A stretch of 64,000 nt of DNA from an uncultured Acidimicrobiales bacterium (GCA_963842015.1 CAWJFG010000021.1:253284-317283), one strand, 5' to 3'. Positions 33,736 to 45,023 are shown, numbered from the stretch's first letter. Numbers and translations are program-made. The notes: generated from the sequence alone by a model not told the origin.

Positions 33736-34152
33736 ATGGTCGCCATCCAGATCCCCCGCCCGGCAGTCGAATGGGCTCCGGTCCCCCAACCCTCGCCCGA
33801 CGTCGCACCCGGGGTCGCCCCGTCGCGCCGCCCCGCCCGCCGCCTGCCCGACCGGGCCACCCGCGTCCGCCGACGGCGGCTCGTGGCCCTGCTCGCCGTC
33901 GTCGTGCTCGCGTTCGCCCTCGTCGCCGCCGTGCGGGCGGTGTCGGGCCTCGCATCGGTCGACGGCTCGCCCCGGCCCGAGCCGATCTCGGGCACCGAGT
34001 ACGTCGTCCAGCCGGGCGACACGCTGTGGTCGATCGCGGGGCGCATCGCGCCCGATGACGATCCGCGGGCGGTCGTCGATGCGCTCCGAGCCGCCAACGG
34101 TGGCCGCGCGGAGCTCGAGGTGGGGACGCGGCTCGACCTCGCGGTCGGCTGA
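33736..34152 (+). CDS. LysM-domain membrane protein, ChiZ (Rv2719c)-like by position and architecture
   Basis: Arg-rich N-terminus, TM LVALLAVVVLAFALVAAV and C-terminal LysM (YVVQPGDTLWSIAGRI...). It is divergent from lexA, as in mycobacteria. Confidence 0.75.
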   Translation: MVAIQIPRPAVEWAPVPQPSPDVAPGVAPSRRPARRLPDRATRVRRRRLVALLAVVVLAFALVAAVRAVSGLASVDGSPRPEPISGTEYVVQPGDTLWSIAGRIAPDDDPRAVVDALRAANGGRAELEVGTRLDLAVG

Positions 34153-34791
34153 TCAGGGCTTGGGCGTCAGCTTCTCGAACTCGTACGAGAGCGCCTCTCG
34201 TGCGGTGCGGAGCTGGGTCTCGACCGATTCGAGCGAGGCGAGGAACGTGCGGGCCCAGGCGAGGCGGCGCTCGAGGTCCTCGAGCTCCGGCGAGTGGTTC
34301 TCGCCCTCGCGGGCTCGTAGCTCGACGACCGCCTGCTCCGCCGCGGCGTCGGCCCGCGACGTCGCATCGTCGAGCACCTGTTGCGCGTGGTCATGCGCCT
34401 CCGCCGCCAGGCGGCGGCAGTACTCCTGCGTCTGGGCGACGTAGGCGTCGGCTTCCTGCTGCGCCCGCGACAGGATGTTCACGGCGTCGACGGTGGCCGA
34501 CGAGGTGTCGGGCGATCGACCGTTCACGTCCTCGGTGCGCGACTCGCTCTGCTCCCGCTGCCACTGCACCAGCGTGTTCTTGTAGTGCGTGACCTTGGCC
34601 CGCAGCGACGTCTCGGCCGCGTCGCGGGTGGCGATCTCGTCGGCGACGCGCTGGAGGAACGACGCCACCTCGTCGTCGGCCAGGCCGCGGCGCCCGATCG
34701 GGGTGCGCGAGAACTGCATGGACCGCACTCGGTCGGGGGTGAGGCGCTGGACCGTCCGCCTGGCGTACTGCTCGTCGGCGGCATCGGTCAT
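34153..34791 (-). CDS. DivIVA-domain protein
   Basis: LTPDRVRSMQFSRTPIGRRGLADDEVASFLQRVADEI is a DivIVA N-terminal domain, followed by long coiled-coil-like sequence. Confidence 0.8.
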   Translation of the reverse strand: MTDAADEQYARRTVQRLTPDRVRSMQFSRTPIGRRGLADDEVASFLQRVADEIATRDAAETSLRAKVTHYKNTLVQWQREQSESRTEDVNGRSPDTSSATVDAVNILSRAQQEADAYVAQTQEYCRRLAAEAHDHAQQVLDDATSRADAAAEQAVVELRAREGENHSPELEDLERRLAWARTFLASLESVETQLRTAREALSYEFEKLTPKP

Positions 34792-35918
34792 GGCGTCGTC
34801 TCCTGGCTCCCGAACTCCTCGACATGGACGAGCGTGCCTGTGGCGCCCGCCTGCATCACCGCCTCACGGGTACCGCGCACCATCTCGGGCGACCCGCAGA
34901 TGTAGATCTCGTGGTCGGGCCAAGCCCCGGTGCTCAGCGCCACGTCGACCACCGTGCCCGACTCGACGGGCCCGCTGCGACTCGGCTCCTCCGACACGCA
35001 CGGCACGAGGCGCAGCCAGTCGAGCCTGTCGGCCAGCGCGGCCATGGCCGGCAGGTCGTAGAGCTCGCGGTGGTGGCGGGCGCCCCAGAACAGGTGCACG
35101 CGGCGGAACCCGCCGTCGGACTCGATCTGGGCGATCAGCGCCTTCATGGGGGCCAGCCCCGTCCCTCCCGCCAGCATCACGACGTCACGCCCGGGGCCGG
35201 GCGGCATCGTGAGGCTGGTGCCCACGGCCGCGCCCCCGCGCAGGACGTCACCGGTGTGCGTGCTCTGCACGATGGCCGTGCTGACGGGGCCGCCGCCCAC
35301 GAGGCGCACGTGCAGCTCGAACGAGCCGTCGGGCGCCGGCAGGGACGCGGGCGTGTAGTACCGCCACAGCCGCGGGCGTTGCGGCACCTCCACGGCGATC
35401 GACTGCCCGGCGAGGTAGGGGAGCGGGGCGTGCGGCGCCAGCCGCAGTACCGCGACGTCGACGCTGCGCCGCTCGACGTCGACCACCGTGAGGTCCCACC
35501 ACGGCGGCTGGTCGACGACGGCGTCGGCGGCGCCGATCATCACCTCGGCGACGATGCCGTAGGCGCTCGCCCAGTCCTGTGCCACGTCGGTGGTCCAATC
35601 GGAGCCGCTGAAGTGCTCGAGGGTGGCCAACAGGGCCTGGCCGACCGCGGGGTAGTGGTCGCGGACGACCGCGAACTTCCGGTGGTCGCGCCCGAGCTGC
35701 TGCAGGACCGGCACGACCGAATCGAGGTCGTCGACGCGGCTGACCACCTGTCCGAGGGCGGTGACGAGCTTGTCGCGCTGGTTCGCCATGCTGACGGGGA
35801 ACATCTCGCGCGTGTGGGGATGGTGGAGGAAGAGGTACGAGTAGAAGAACAGCGGGACCTGGTCGCCGTGCGCGGCGACCAGGCCCCAGCTCTTCTTCAG
35901 GCGTATCGGGTCGACCAC
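34788..35918 (-). CDS. Globin-domain plus FNR-like FAD/NAD(P)-binding oxidoreductase (flavohaemoglobin-like, type II)
   Basis: N-terminal globin (LKKSWGLVAAHGDQVPLFFYSYLF...LGRDHRKFAVVRDHY). FAD motif RYYTPAS, NAD motif AGGTGLAP and a C-terminal YICGSPEMV are present. Confidence 0.85.
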   Translation of the reverse strand: MVDPIRLKKSWGLVAAHGDQVPLFFYSYLFLHHPHTREMFPVSMANQRDKLVTALGQVVSRVDDLDSVVPVLQQLGRDHRKFAVVRDHYPAVGQALLATLEHFSGSDWTTDVAQDWASAYGIVAEVMIGAADAVVDQPPWWDLTVVDVERRSVDVAVLRLAPHAPLPYLAGQSIAVEVPQRPRLWRYYTPASLPAPDGSFELHVRLVGGGPVSTAIVQSTHTGDVLRGGAAVGTSLTMPPGPGRDVVMLAGGTGLAPMKALIAQIESDGGFRRVHLFWGARHHRELYDLPAMAALADRLDWLRLVPCVSEEPSRSGPVESGTVVDVALSTGAWPDHEIYICGSPEMVRGTREAVMQAGATGTLVHVEEFGSQETTP

Positions 35919-35920
35919 GC

Positions 35921-36322
35921 CTACGCGGTGGCGGGGTTCTCGACGATGTCGGCCTTGACCCCTGCCACGACGCCCCCGGCCGCGGCCAGCAGCTCGTCGT
36001 CGGCGCCGAGCTCGGTGAGCACGGCGACCAGGTGGCCGACCACCTTGTCGTAGTGGTCGCTCGTGATGCCGAGGCCGCGATGGGCCTCGCCGAGGTCGCG
36101 GCCGTCGTACTCGGCCGGGCCGCCGAACACCTGCGACAGGAGCAGGACCTGGTGGCGCTTCACCCGGGAGACGTCGGCGTCGGTGAAGTACGGCGCCAGC
36201 TCGTCGTCGGCGAGGACGCGGGCGTAGAACTGCTCGACGACCTCGCGGATCGCCGGCGCCCCGCCGACCCGGTCGTAGTGGCTCTCAGGGGTCGTGGACG
36301 CGTCGGTCGTCTCGCCAACCAT
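35921..36322 (-). CDS. glbN: Group I truncated haemoglobin
   Basis: YDRVGGAPAIREVVEQFYARVLADDELAPYF...VKRHQVLLLSQVFGGP...LGEAHRGLGITSDHYDKVVGHL. The ATG at 36322 is preceded by GGAGG. Confidence 0.85.
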   Translation of the reverse strand: MVGETTDASTTPESHYDRVGGAPAIREVVEQFYARVLADDELAPYFTDADVSRVKRHQVLLLSQVFGGPAEYDGRDLGEAHRGLGITSDHYDKVVGHLVAVLTELGADDELLAAAGGVVAGVKADIVENPATA

Positions 36323-36460
36323 GGGTGGACCTCCCAGCACTCAGTCCGTGAGCGTCGCGGCAACGCCCGAAGAGGACGCTACCGCACTCCCCGGGGTGCC
36401 GAGCCAAACGCTGCGCGTGGGCGGGACGGGGAGGTGTTACCTGGCGTATAGCTTGCAGAC

Positions 36461-36931
36461 GTGCGCTGCGCCGCCTGTGGGCATCTCGACTCGAAGGTGG
36501 TCGACTCGCGCCAGTCCGACGACGGCGGGGCGATCCGTCGCCGTCGTCAGTGCCTGGCGTGCGGCACCCGGTTCACGACCTTCGAGCGGCCCGAGTCGTC
36601 GGGCCTGACGGTGCTCAAGCGTTCGGGCGATCGCGAGGCGTTCGACCGCGCCAAGGTCGTGTCCGGCATCCAGGCCGCGGTGAAGTCCCGCCCGGTCGGC
36701 TCGGGCGAGGCCGAGGCCCTCGCGCTCTCGGTCGAGGACGAGATGCGGGGGCTGCCGAGCGGCGAGGTCACGAGCGAGCGCATCGGTCGGGCCGTGCTCG
36801 AGGGCCTGCGCGAGCTCGACGTCATCGCCGCGGTGCGGTTCGCCTCGGTCTACAAGGGGTTCGACGACCTCGCCGACTTCGAACGCGAGCTGACGCTGCT
36901 GACCAAGCGGACTGCGCCCAAGCGGCACTGA
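36461..36931 (+). CDS. nrdR: Transcriptional repressor NrdR
   Basis: MRCAACGHLDSKVVDSRQ...RRRRQCLACGTRFTTFE zinc ribbon followed by an ATP-cone. Confidence 0.95.
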   Translation: MRCAACGHLDSKVVDSRQSDDGGAIRRRRQCLACGTRFTTFERPESSGLTVLKRSGDREAFDRAKVVSGIQAAVKSRPVGSGEAEALALSVEDEMRGLPSGEVTSERIGRAVLEGLRELDVIAAVRFASVYKGFDDLADFERELTLLTKRTAPKRH

Positions 36932-36941
36932 TCGCGCCGGC

Positions 36942-37721
36942 TCAGCGGGCGCGCACGTACCGCAGGAAGAGGTTGTCGTCGGCCAGGAGCACGCGGGCGA
37001 GGGAGTGGTGACGGCCGACCACGGGCGCCGGGCCGTGGGCGATGCGCGCTCCGGTGCCCGCCACCATCGAGGGCGCGATCGTCAGGCACAGCTCGTCGAG
37101 CAGGTCGTCGGTCACGAGCTGGCCGAGCGTGCGGGGCCCGCCTTCGCACACCACGACACGGGCGCCCAGCTCGTCGTGGAGCAGCGCGAAGGCGCGTGCC
37201 CAGTCGACCTGCTCGTCGCCGACGACGTGGACGTCGGCCACCTCCTCGAGAGCGCGGCGCCGAGCCGGGTCGGCGGACGCCACGGTGAGGACGAGGGGGC
37301 GGGCGTCGGGCGTCGCCTCGGCGAAGAACCGGCGTGTCGGCTCGATGGCGAGCGACGCCGACGTGACCGCGATGCGCGGCGTCGGCGACTGACCCCGGGC
37401 GACCCGCTGCTCGCGGACGCGGGCCGCCGGGCGGCTGGGCCCGTAGTCCTCGGTCGTGACCGTGGCGGCTCCGGCGACGATGACGTCGGCCACCCCGCGG
37501 ATGGCGCCGAACATGGCCTTGTCGTCCTGCCCCGCGAGTCCACCCGAGCGGCCCTCCGTGTCGGTGGCGCTGCCGTCGATCGATGCGATCATGTTGGCGA
37601 GGACCCACGGGCGGCCCGAGGGTGCGGGGCGATCGTCGGCGGCGACGACCGCCACCGGATCGAGCGGGTCGTCGTCTCCCCGGTCGTCGTCGGTCGGAGG
37701 GGCCGGCCACAGCATCCGCAT
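36942..37721 (-). CDS. RibD C-terminal-domain / dihydrofolate-reductase-family reductase
   Basis: VLANMIASIDGSATDTEGRSGGLAG..DKAMFGAIRGVADVIVAGAATV...VVCEGGPRTLGQLVTDDLLDELCLTIAP. Confidence 0.75.
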   Translation of the reverse strand: MRMLWPAPPTDDDRGDDDPLDPVAVVAADDRPAPSGRPWVLANMIASIDGSATDTEGRSGGLAGQDDKAMFGAIRGVADVIVAGAATVTTEDYGPSRPAARVREQRVARGQSPTPRIAVTSASLAIEPTRRFFAEATPDARPLVLTVASADPARRRALEEVADVHVVGDEQVDWARAFALLHDELGARVVVCEGGPRTLGQLVTDDLLDELCLTIAPSMVAGTGARIAHGPAPVVGRHHSLARVLLADDNLFLRYVRAR

Positions 37722-38192
37722 GCAGCGTGCACGGTAGCGAGGCCGGCCGGACCGGTGGACAAGATGGCCGGCTGGGGAAATCGCGGTGACCTTTCCACCT
37801 CCAATTCACAGGTTCATCCTCTAGTCGTCCACAGCCCATTCCCCGTAGGTTGCCCCTCGTGCAACTGTGCTCCGGCGCGGACGAGCGGAATGGCGGTTGT
37901 CGCTTCCGAGTCTGTGGTGGGCTGAGCGACTCCTGAGGGCGAGCCGTCCACCGGGTGGTGGGGGGTTGCGGTCTTCAACCTGCGAGTCCGCGCCGGGCCG
38001 GTCGCACGAGAGCTGGGTTGGGTCGACGGGGGGCATCCTTCGGGGGTGTCTGCGCCGTCGCCACACCGCCGCGTCTCGTGCGCTCGACGCCGTCCGCGCC
38101 GGGGACAGGGGCACCGATCCGGGAAGGTTCAGGGTCCCCGCAGCGTTGAACAAGTGCTGTCCGGAACGGGTGGGCGACGATGTCGGAAGCCC

Positions 38193-38221
38193 TTGACGAT
38201 GTAGTTACACGGCTGTAGTTT
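38193..38221 (+). promoter_or_regulatory. Candidate sigma-A promoter of nrdJ
   Basis: TTGACG (38193-38198), a 17-nt spacer, then TAGTTT (38216-38221). This is about 105 nt upstream of the nrdJ ATG. Confidence 0.5.
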
Positions 38222-38238
38222 CCACCCACATCTTGTGG
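38200..38238. promoter_or_regulatory. Two NrdR-box-like palindromes overlapping the nrdJ promoter
   Basis: TGTAGTTACA (38200-38209) lies in the promoter spacer. CCACATCTTGTGG (38226-38238) lies at the predicted start site. They only loosely resemble the acaCwAtATaTwGtgt consensus as I recall it. Confidence 0.35.
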
Positions 38239-38247
38239 CTCCCCGGT

Positions 38248-38272
38248 CAGCTACCACAAGCCCTGGTAGCTG
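38248..38272 (+). other. Stem-loop in the nrdJ 5' leader
   Basis: CAGCTACCA (38248-38256) pairs perfectly with TGGTAGCTG (38264-38272) around a 7-nt loop. Confidence 0.5.
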
Positions 38273-38326
38273 GCTCAGGTCGCAACTCTCCCCACCGCGA
38301 TCTCCGAACGACCTGGAGGAATCCCC

Positions 38327-41206
<2,880 letters not shown>

Positions 41207-41217
41207 TCCACCACAGA

Positions 41218-41708
41218 TCACGTCATCTCGCCGGGCAGCCTGCTGGCCTGCTCGATCCAGGAGGACGAGTCGGTCTTCGTCGATGTCGTCGGCCTCGTGG
41301 ATGTCGAAGTAGCGCACCTCGTCGTGCTTCGAGGCCTTGGGCGGGGCCGGGTCGAGTGATGTCCCTCGGAAGAACGTCAGCTGGACGTACTGGGTGTAGC
41401 AGCGAGAACGCGAGGAACCAGCCTTCTCCCTCGAAGCCGTAGAACGGTTGGTTCCACTTCACGGCCTTGTGCACGTGCGGGACCGTGCGAACGATGAGGT
41501 CGTCGAGACGCTGGCCGATGCCTCGTTTCCATCCGGGCATGGCGGCGATGTAGTCCTGAACGGGGCCGTCACCTTCCCCTTTGGGGATCTGCGGGTTGCC
41601 GCCCGACAACAGCCTGGGTCCCGAGCCGGACTTCGCAGGACGGGTCCGGGACCTCTTGTCGCTCGAGTTCGTGCGGTCGCTCATCGGCTCTCCATCGTCG
41701 GTCGGCAC
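41218..41708 (-). pseudogene. DUF1801 (YdhG-like) protein with two +1 frame breaks (about 41398-41410 and 41257-41266)
   Basis: Frame A reads ...VQDYIAAMPGWKRGIGQRLDDLIVRTVPHVHKAVKWNQPFYGFEGEGWFLAF. Frame B reads CYTQYVQLTFFRGTSLDPAPPKASKHDEVRYFDIHEADDIDEDRLV. Frame C reads WIEQASRLPGEMT followed by a stop. Confidence 0.7.
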
Positions 41709-41742
41709 CCCGCGGTGGGGTTGTGGGGCGAGGTTCTCGTCA

Positions 41743-42141
41743 TCACGGCAGGCTGAGCTGCCAGGTCACCCCATAGCGATCACCGACCCAGCCGAAACGG
41801 GTGCTGAACCCGTAGTTGTCGAGAGGCATGAACACCTGGCCGCCATCGCTGAGTCGATCGAAGAGTCGCTGAAGTTCGTCGTTGTCGTCGCAGTCGATCC
41901 AGAGTGACACTGCAGGGGTGAAGCCCCATTGGTGACGGACGGGGCTGTCGGAACAGCTGAAGTCGCTGCCGGCGAGACGGAACATCGCGACCTTGACGGT
42001 GCCCTCGGGTCCGCCGTCCCCCGGGCCGTAGTGGTCGATCTCGATGAGTTCGAAGTCGTCGAAGACGTCGCGGTAGAGATCGAGTGCTGCAGTGGCGGCG
42101 CCATCCTGGAACGTCAGGAAGGTTCGGAGACCCTGGGTCAT
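41743..42141 (-). CDS. VOC family protein (PhnB/3-demethylubiquinone methyltransferase-like fold)
   Basis: Intact 132-aa ORF: TFLTFQDGAATAALDLYRDVF...GFTPAVSLWIDCDD..ELQRLFDRLSDGGQVFMPLDNYGFSTRFGWVGDRYGVTWQL. Confidence 0.8.
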   Translation of the reverse strand: MTQGLRTFLTFQDGAATAALDLYRDVFDDFELIEIDHYGPGDGGPEGTVKVAMFRLAGSDFSCSDSPVRHQWGFTPAVSLWIDCDDNDELQRLFDRLSDGGQVFMPLDNYGFSTRFGWVGDRYGVTWQLSLP

Positions 42142-42218
42142 GGGATCGACCCTAACGACCGGCGTCCGGCCGATGCTCGGGTCGCCGAATGAGCTCCACC
42201 GAGGGCGAGCGGCGGGGA

Positions 42219-42572
42219 TCAGGGCTGCACGACGACCCAGCCGCGCCGCTGCAGCTCGGCGGCCAACAGCTCGGCCGGCATGTGGCGCAGTGCCTGCTCG
42301 GCGGCCGACTGCCGAGGGTTCGAGGGCGGAGGTGCGGCGGGCTCGCCCGACGCCTCGGCCTCCTCCAGCTGGGCGATGAACGCCGCTGCCTCGTCGCGGG
42401 TGAACTTGCCCGCCGCCTGACGCTGGGTGAACCCCATCGGCCCTCGGGCGTCGCGAAAGTCGGTGTGTCCGGCGTCCTGGAGCAACGTGAGCAACTTCTC
42501 CACCTCGCGCCGGACGCCGGCGGCCCTGCCTGCTGTCCGAATGCCATGCCCCCAGTGTCCCCGCCCGGCCAC
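42219..42572 (-). CDS. Hypothetical protein
   Basis: 117-aa ORF with coding-like composition (..LLTLLQDAGHTDFRDARGPMGFTQRQAAGKFTRDEAAAFIAQLEE..LAAELQRRGWVVV). I cannot name a family and the start is uncertain. Confidence 0.5.
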   Translation of the reverse strand: MAGRGHWGHGIRTAGRAAGVRREVEKLLTLLQDAGHTDFRDARGPMGFTQRQAAGKFTRDEAAAFIAQLEEAEASGEPAAPPPSNPRQSAAEQALRHMPAELLAAELQRRGWVVVQP

Positions 42573-42600
42573 GCAGTCCCGGGATGGGCCCGGCTCACCA

Positions 42601-43188
42601 TCAGGTCGCCTCGAGCGCAGCTCCAGCGCACCGACCGGTCAGATCCAGCAGCCGGTCCAGCGGGCTGGCCCCGACCCCGACACGTCCGCAGGGTTCGATG
42701 CCGAAGCCCATGCCGGGCGCCTCTCGTTCGATCACGTCGAGCACGTCGTCGACCAGGTCGTCGTCGAGGCCGGCGTCCCGACCGAGCGCTGCCGCGAGAT
42801 CCCACACGTGGACGGTGACGTCGAAGACGCGGATGCCGAGGAAGCGCACGCCGGGCATGTCGCCGAGGGGATGGCTGACGATCCCCCCGAGTGCGCCGTC
42901 TGCACGGAACCGAGTCCGCTGGGCCTCGGCGCTGTCGTCGTAGTCGCCGAGCGGGTCGGTTCCGAGCTGGGCCGAGCCCATCACGGACTCCATCGCCTCG
43001 GCGGCCGTGTCGCCACCCAGGATCATCGAGGCGAACCGGTTGCCACCCACGACGTGAGCCACGAGGTAGCGCACGTCCCACTCCGTGCAGGGCGTCGCCC
43101 GGGCCCAGTCCCCGGCGGAGACCGCGACGAGGTGTCCCCGGAACGTCGCCGCCGTTCGGTCGAGGGCACGGAGGAGCTGGTCGCTCAT
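42601..43188 (-). CDS. DinB-like / mycothiol maleylpyruvate isomerase N-terminal domain protein (TIGR03086-like)
   Basis: Intact 195 aa from ATG 43188: LDRTAATFRGHLVAVSAGDWARATPCTEWDVRYLVAHVVGGNRF...VFDVTVHVWDLAAALG. Confidence 0.75.
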   Translation of the reverse strand: MSDQLLRALDRTAATFRGHLVAVSAGDWARATPCTEWDVRYLVAHVVGGNRFASMILGGDTAAEAMESVMGSAQLGTDPLGDYDDSAEAQRTRFRADGALGGIVSHPLGDMPGVRFLGIRVFDVTVHVWDLAAALGRDAGLDDDLVDDVLDVIEREAPGMGFGIEPCGRVGVGASPLDRLLDLTGRCAGAALEAT

Positions 43189-43316
43189 CCGGCGAGTCTC
43201 GCAGTCCGGGCCGTCCAGTCCTGCGTGTCCGGCCGTGCCGCTTGGGCGCCGGGCACGGCCACGCCTCGAGCGTGTGGTGACCACGTGGCCGCGACCGGGT
43301 TCTCGACCGAGGCGGT

Positions 43317-43962
43317 TCAGGCGGCCGCACGGGTGAACGTCACGTGCGTGACTCCGCTGGGCGAGGACGTGGCCTCGATGTCGTAGTCCTTCTCGAGGCC
43401 CTCCAGCCCGTCCCAGAGGCGCACGCCTCGGCCGAGCAGGATCGGGACCACCGACGATGTGCATGTGGTCGACGAGCCCGGCCGCGAGGAAGTCGCGGAT
43501 CATGGTGGGACCCCCGCCGAGGCGTACGTCCTGGCCGCCGGCAGCCTCGCGGGCCGTCTCGAGCGCCTCGGCCGGCGAGGCGTCGATGAAGTGGAACGTC
43601 GTGCCGCCCTCCATCTCGATCGACGGGCGCGGGTGATGGGTGAGGACGAACGTCGGCGTGTGGAACGGCGGGTTGGGACCCCACCAGCCCTTCCACTCCG
43701 GGTCCTCGTGCCATCCGGGCGGGCCGAACTTCCCGGCGCCCATGATCTCGGCGCCGATCCCCGGAGCGAACTGCCGCAGGAAGGCGTCGTCGATGCCGCC
43801 GGTGCCGCCGGGCTCGCCGACCTCTCGTGCCACCACCGGGTGGCGAACATCCACTCGTGCAGCCGTCGCCGGCGTGACCGAACGGTGCGTCGCGGCTCAG
43901 GCCCTCGCCGGTGCCAAAGCCGTCGAGCGAGACGGAGAAGATTGGACGCGGGCGAGTGACAT
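43317..43962 (-). pseudogene. Dihydrofolate-reductase-family (RibD C-terminal-like) protein with at least 4 frame breaks
   Basis: Pieces lie in different frames. They are MSLARVQ, FSVSLDGFGTGEGLSRDAPFGHAGD, LHEWMFATRWWHE, then EVGEPGGTGGIDDAF...GPNPPFHTPTFVLTHHPRPSIEMEGGTTFHFI...LVDHMHIV, and finally VPILLGRGVRLWDGLEGLEKDYDIEATSSPSGVTHVTFTRAAA. Confidence 0.7.
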
Positions 43963-44059
43963 GGCTGTTGCTCCTTCGGTCGTCGGGTCATCGCTGACCC
44001 AGGTTCTTCACCCCTGAGTCGGAGCCGCCAGCGCGTATCCGACACGCCAACGCCTGGTG

Positions 44060-44531
44060 TCACGCCGTCCCGTCGGCGAGCTTCGAAGACGACCACGGGC
44101 GTTTCGGTCGACCGCCGAACCGCATACGCGTCGAGCTTCGGGTCGACCGCCACCCAGCGTTGCCACAGCCGGTCGTGCTCCTCGCCCGCGGGTGGGCGTG
44201 CGCCCGGCGCGGGTGCTGGTGCGCCAATCGAACGACGGCATCGTGGTGCGCCTCGAGGTTGAGCCACCAGGCGGGATGGCCCTCGTCCCAGCCGTTCATC
44301 GTGAGCGCGACGAGGTGAGGACCGTCTTCGATGTAGCCGACGATGACGCTGCTCCTGCCCGGATCTCCGCCCGGTGGTCGTGAGGAGGAGCGCACCCCAG
44401 CCGCGCTCGTTCGAGGTGGTCCACAGGAACCGGCCGCCACTGAGCCGGTACAAGGCGCGGTGAGCGCGCCAGGCCGTGTGCACGAACCACGGCGGCGGGA
44501 CTCTCGGCGGTCGACCCACCGCATCGCTCAT
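44060..44531 (-). pseudogene. Deazaflavin(F420)-dependent nitroreductase family (Ddn-like) with about 3 frame breaks
   Basis: The segments alternate between two frames. They are PPWFVHTAWRAHRALYRLSGGRF...LLLTTTGRRSGQE, then SVIVGYIEDGPHLVALTMNGWDEGHPAWWLNLEAHHDAVVRLA, then GEEHDRLWQRWVAVDPKLDAYAVRRSTETPVVVFE. The start overlaps the upstream gene's stop (ATGA). Confidence 0.7.
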
Positions 44532-45023
44532 GGCGTGTCGGACAGGGTCGACTCTGCTTCGCGGTTCAGGTTGGCCAGCGTCTCGGGCATCCCGCTCTCC
44601 GCCATCGCTTTCATGAAGTCGAGGCGCTGCTCGAGCGTCATCCCGGGGTTCTCCTCGGCGCCGAAGCCGTCGACATAGGCGGGAAGCACGTCCCAGGTCT
44701 GCGTGACCTCGGTGCCGCCGCCAGGCGACGGCTCCAGGAAAAGCCCCACCGCACCATCTCGAAGCGACCGTCGCGGCCGTGGTTCACGAAGGCGAACTGG
44801 CGGCCCTGATCGGCGGCGACGACCCGGCAGCGGGTCTCCCACGCGGTGTCACCGATCGTGTTGGTGCCCGTGAACCACTCGCGGCTGTCGTCGTCGTAGC
44901 GCCCACCGGTGCACACGGACTTCACCTCCCCATGCGCGACACGTCAGCGAGGAGGTCGTAGACGGCGCCTGGCGGCCGGTCGATGGTGGTCGACGAGCGA
45001 TGGCGATAGGCGTCGAGGTCCAT
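44528..45023 (-). pseudogene. SRPBCC-fold protein with 2 frame breaks
   Basis: Three segments in different frames: MDLDAYRHRSSTTIDRPPGAVYDLLADVSRMG, EVKSVCTGGRYDDDSREWFTGTNTIGDTAWETRCRVVAADQGRQFAFVNH...MVRWGF, and LEPSPGGGTEVTQTWDVLPAYVDGFG...ANLNREAES. Confidence 0.65.

Noticed and set aside
37722-37860. FMN riboswitch in front of the ribD-like gene (minus strand)
   Set aside because: None of the conserved FMN-element blocks (GGGUGAAAUUCC, CCGACGGU, AGUCCGGAUG) are present. The gene is also a generic RibD-C/DHFR-family reductase rather than a clear riboflavin gene.
38100-38192. Cobalamin riboswitch upstream of the B12-dependent RNR
   Set aside because: GGGAAGG...GGTCCCCGCAGCGTTGAA vaguely recalls the GGGAA...CCCGCCACUG core. 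But the GGUG-AA-CC hairpin and a B12 box (AGYCMGGAGACCKGCC-like) are absent. The best promoter also lies downstream of this segment.
37776-38300. tmRNA or RNase P RNA in the large non-coding gap
   Set aside because: There are superficial resemblances: GGGGAGAGUUGCGAC on the minus strand, CUAGAGGAUGAACC, and GAGUCCGCG...GCACGAG. The diagnostic elements are missing, however. There is no GGAAAGUCC P4 strand, no ACAGAAnnCGGCUUA, no GGUUCGAnUCC T-arm with CCA end, and no ...ALAA tag ORF. A minus-strand tmRNA would also overlap the nrdJ promoter and RBS.
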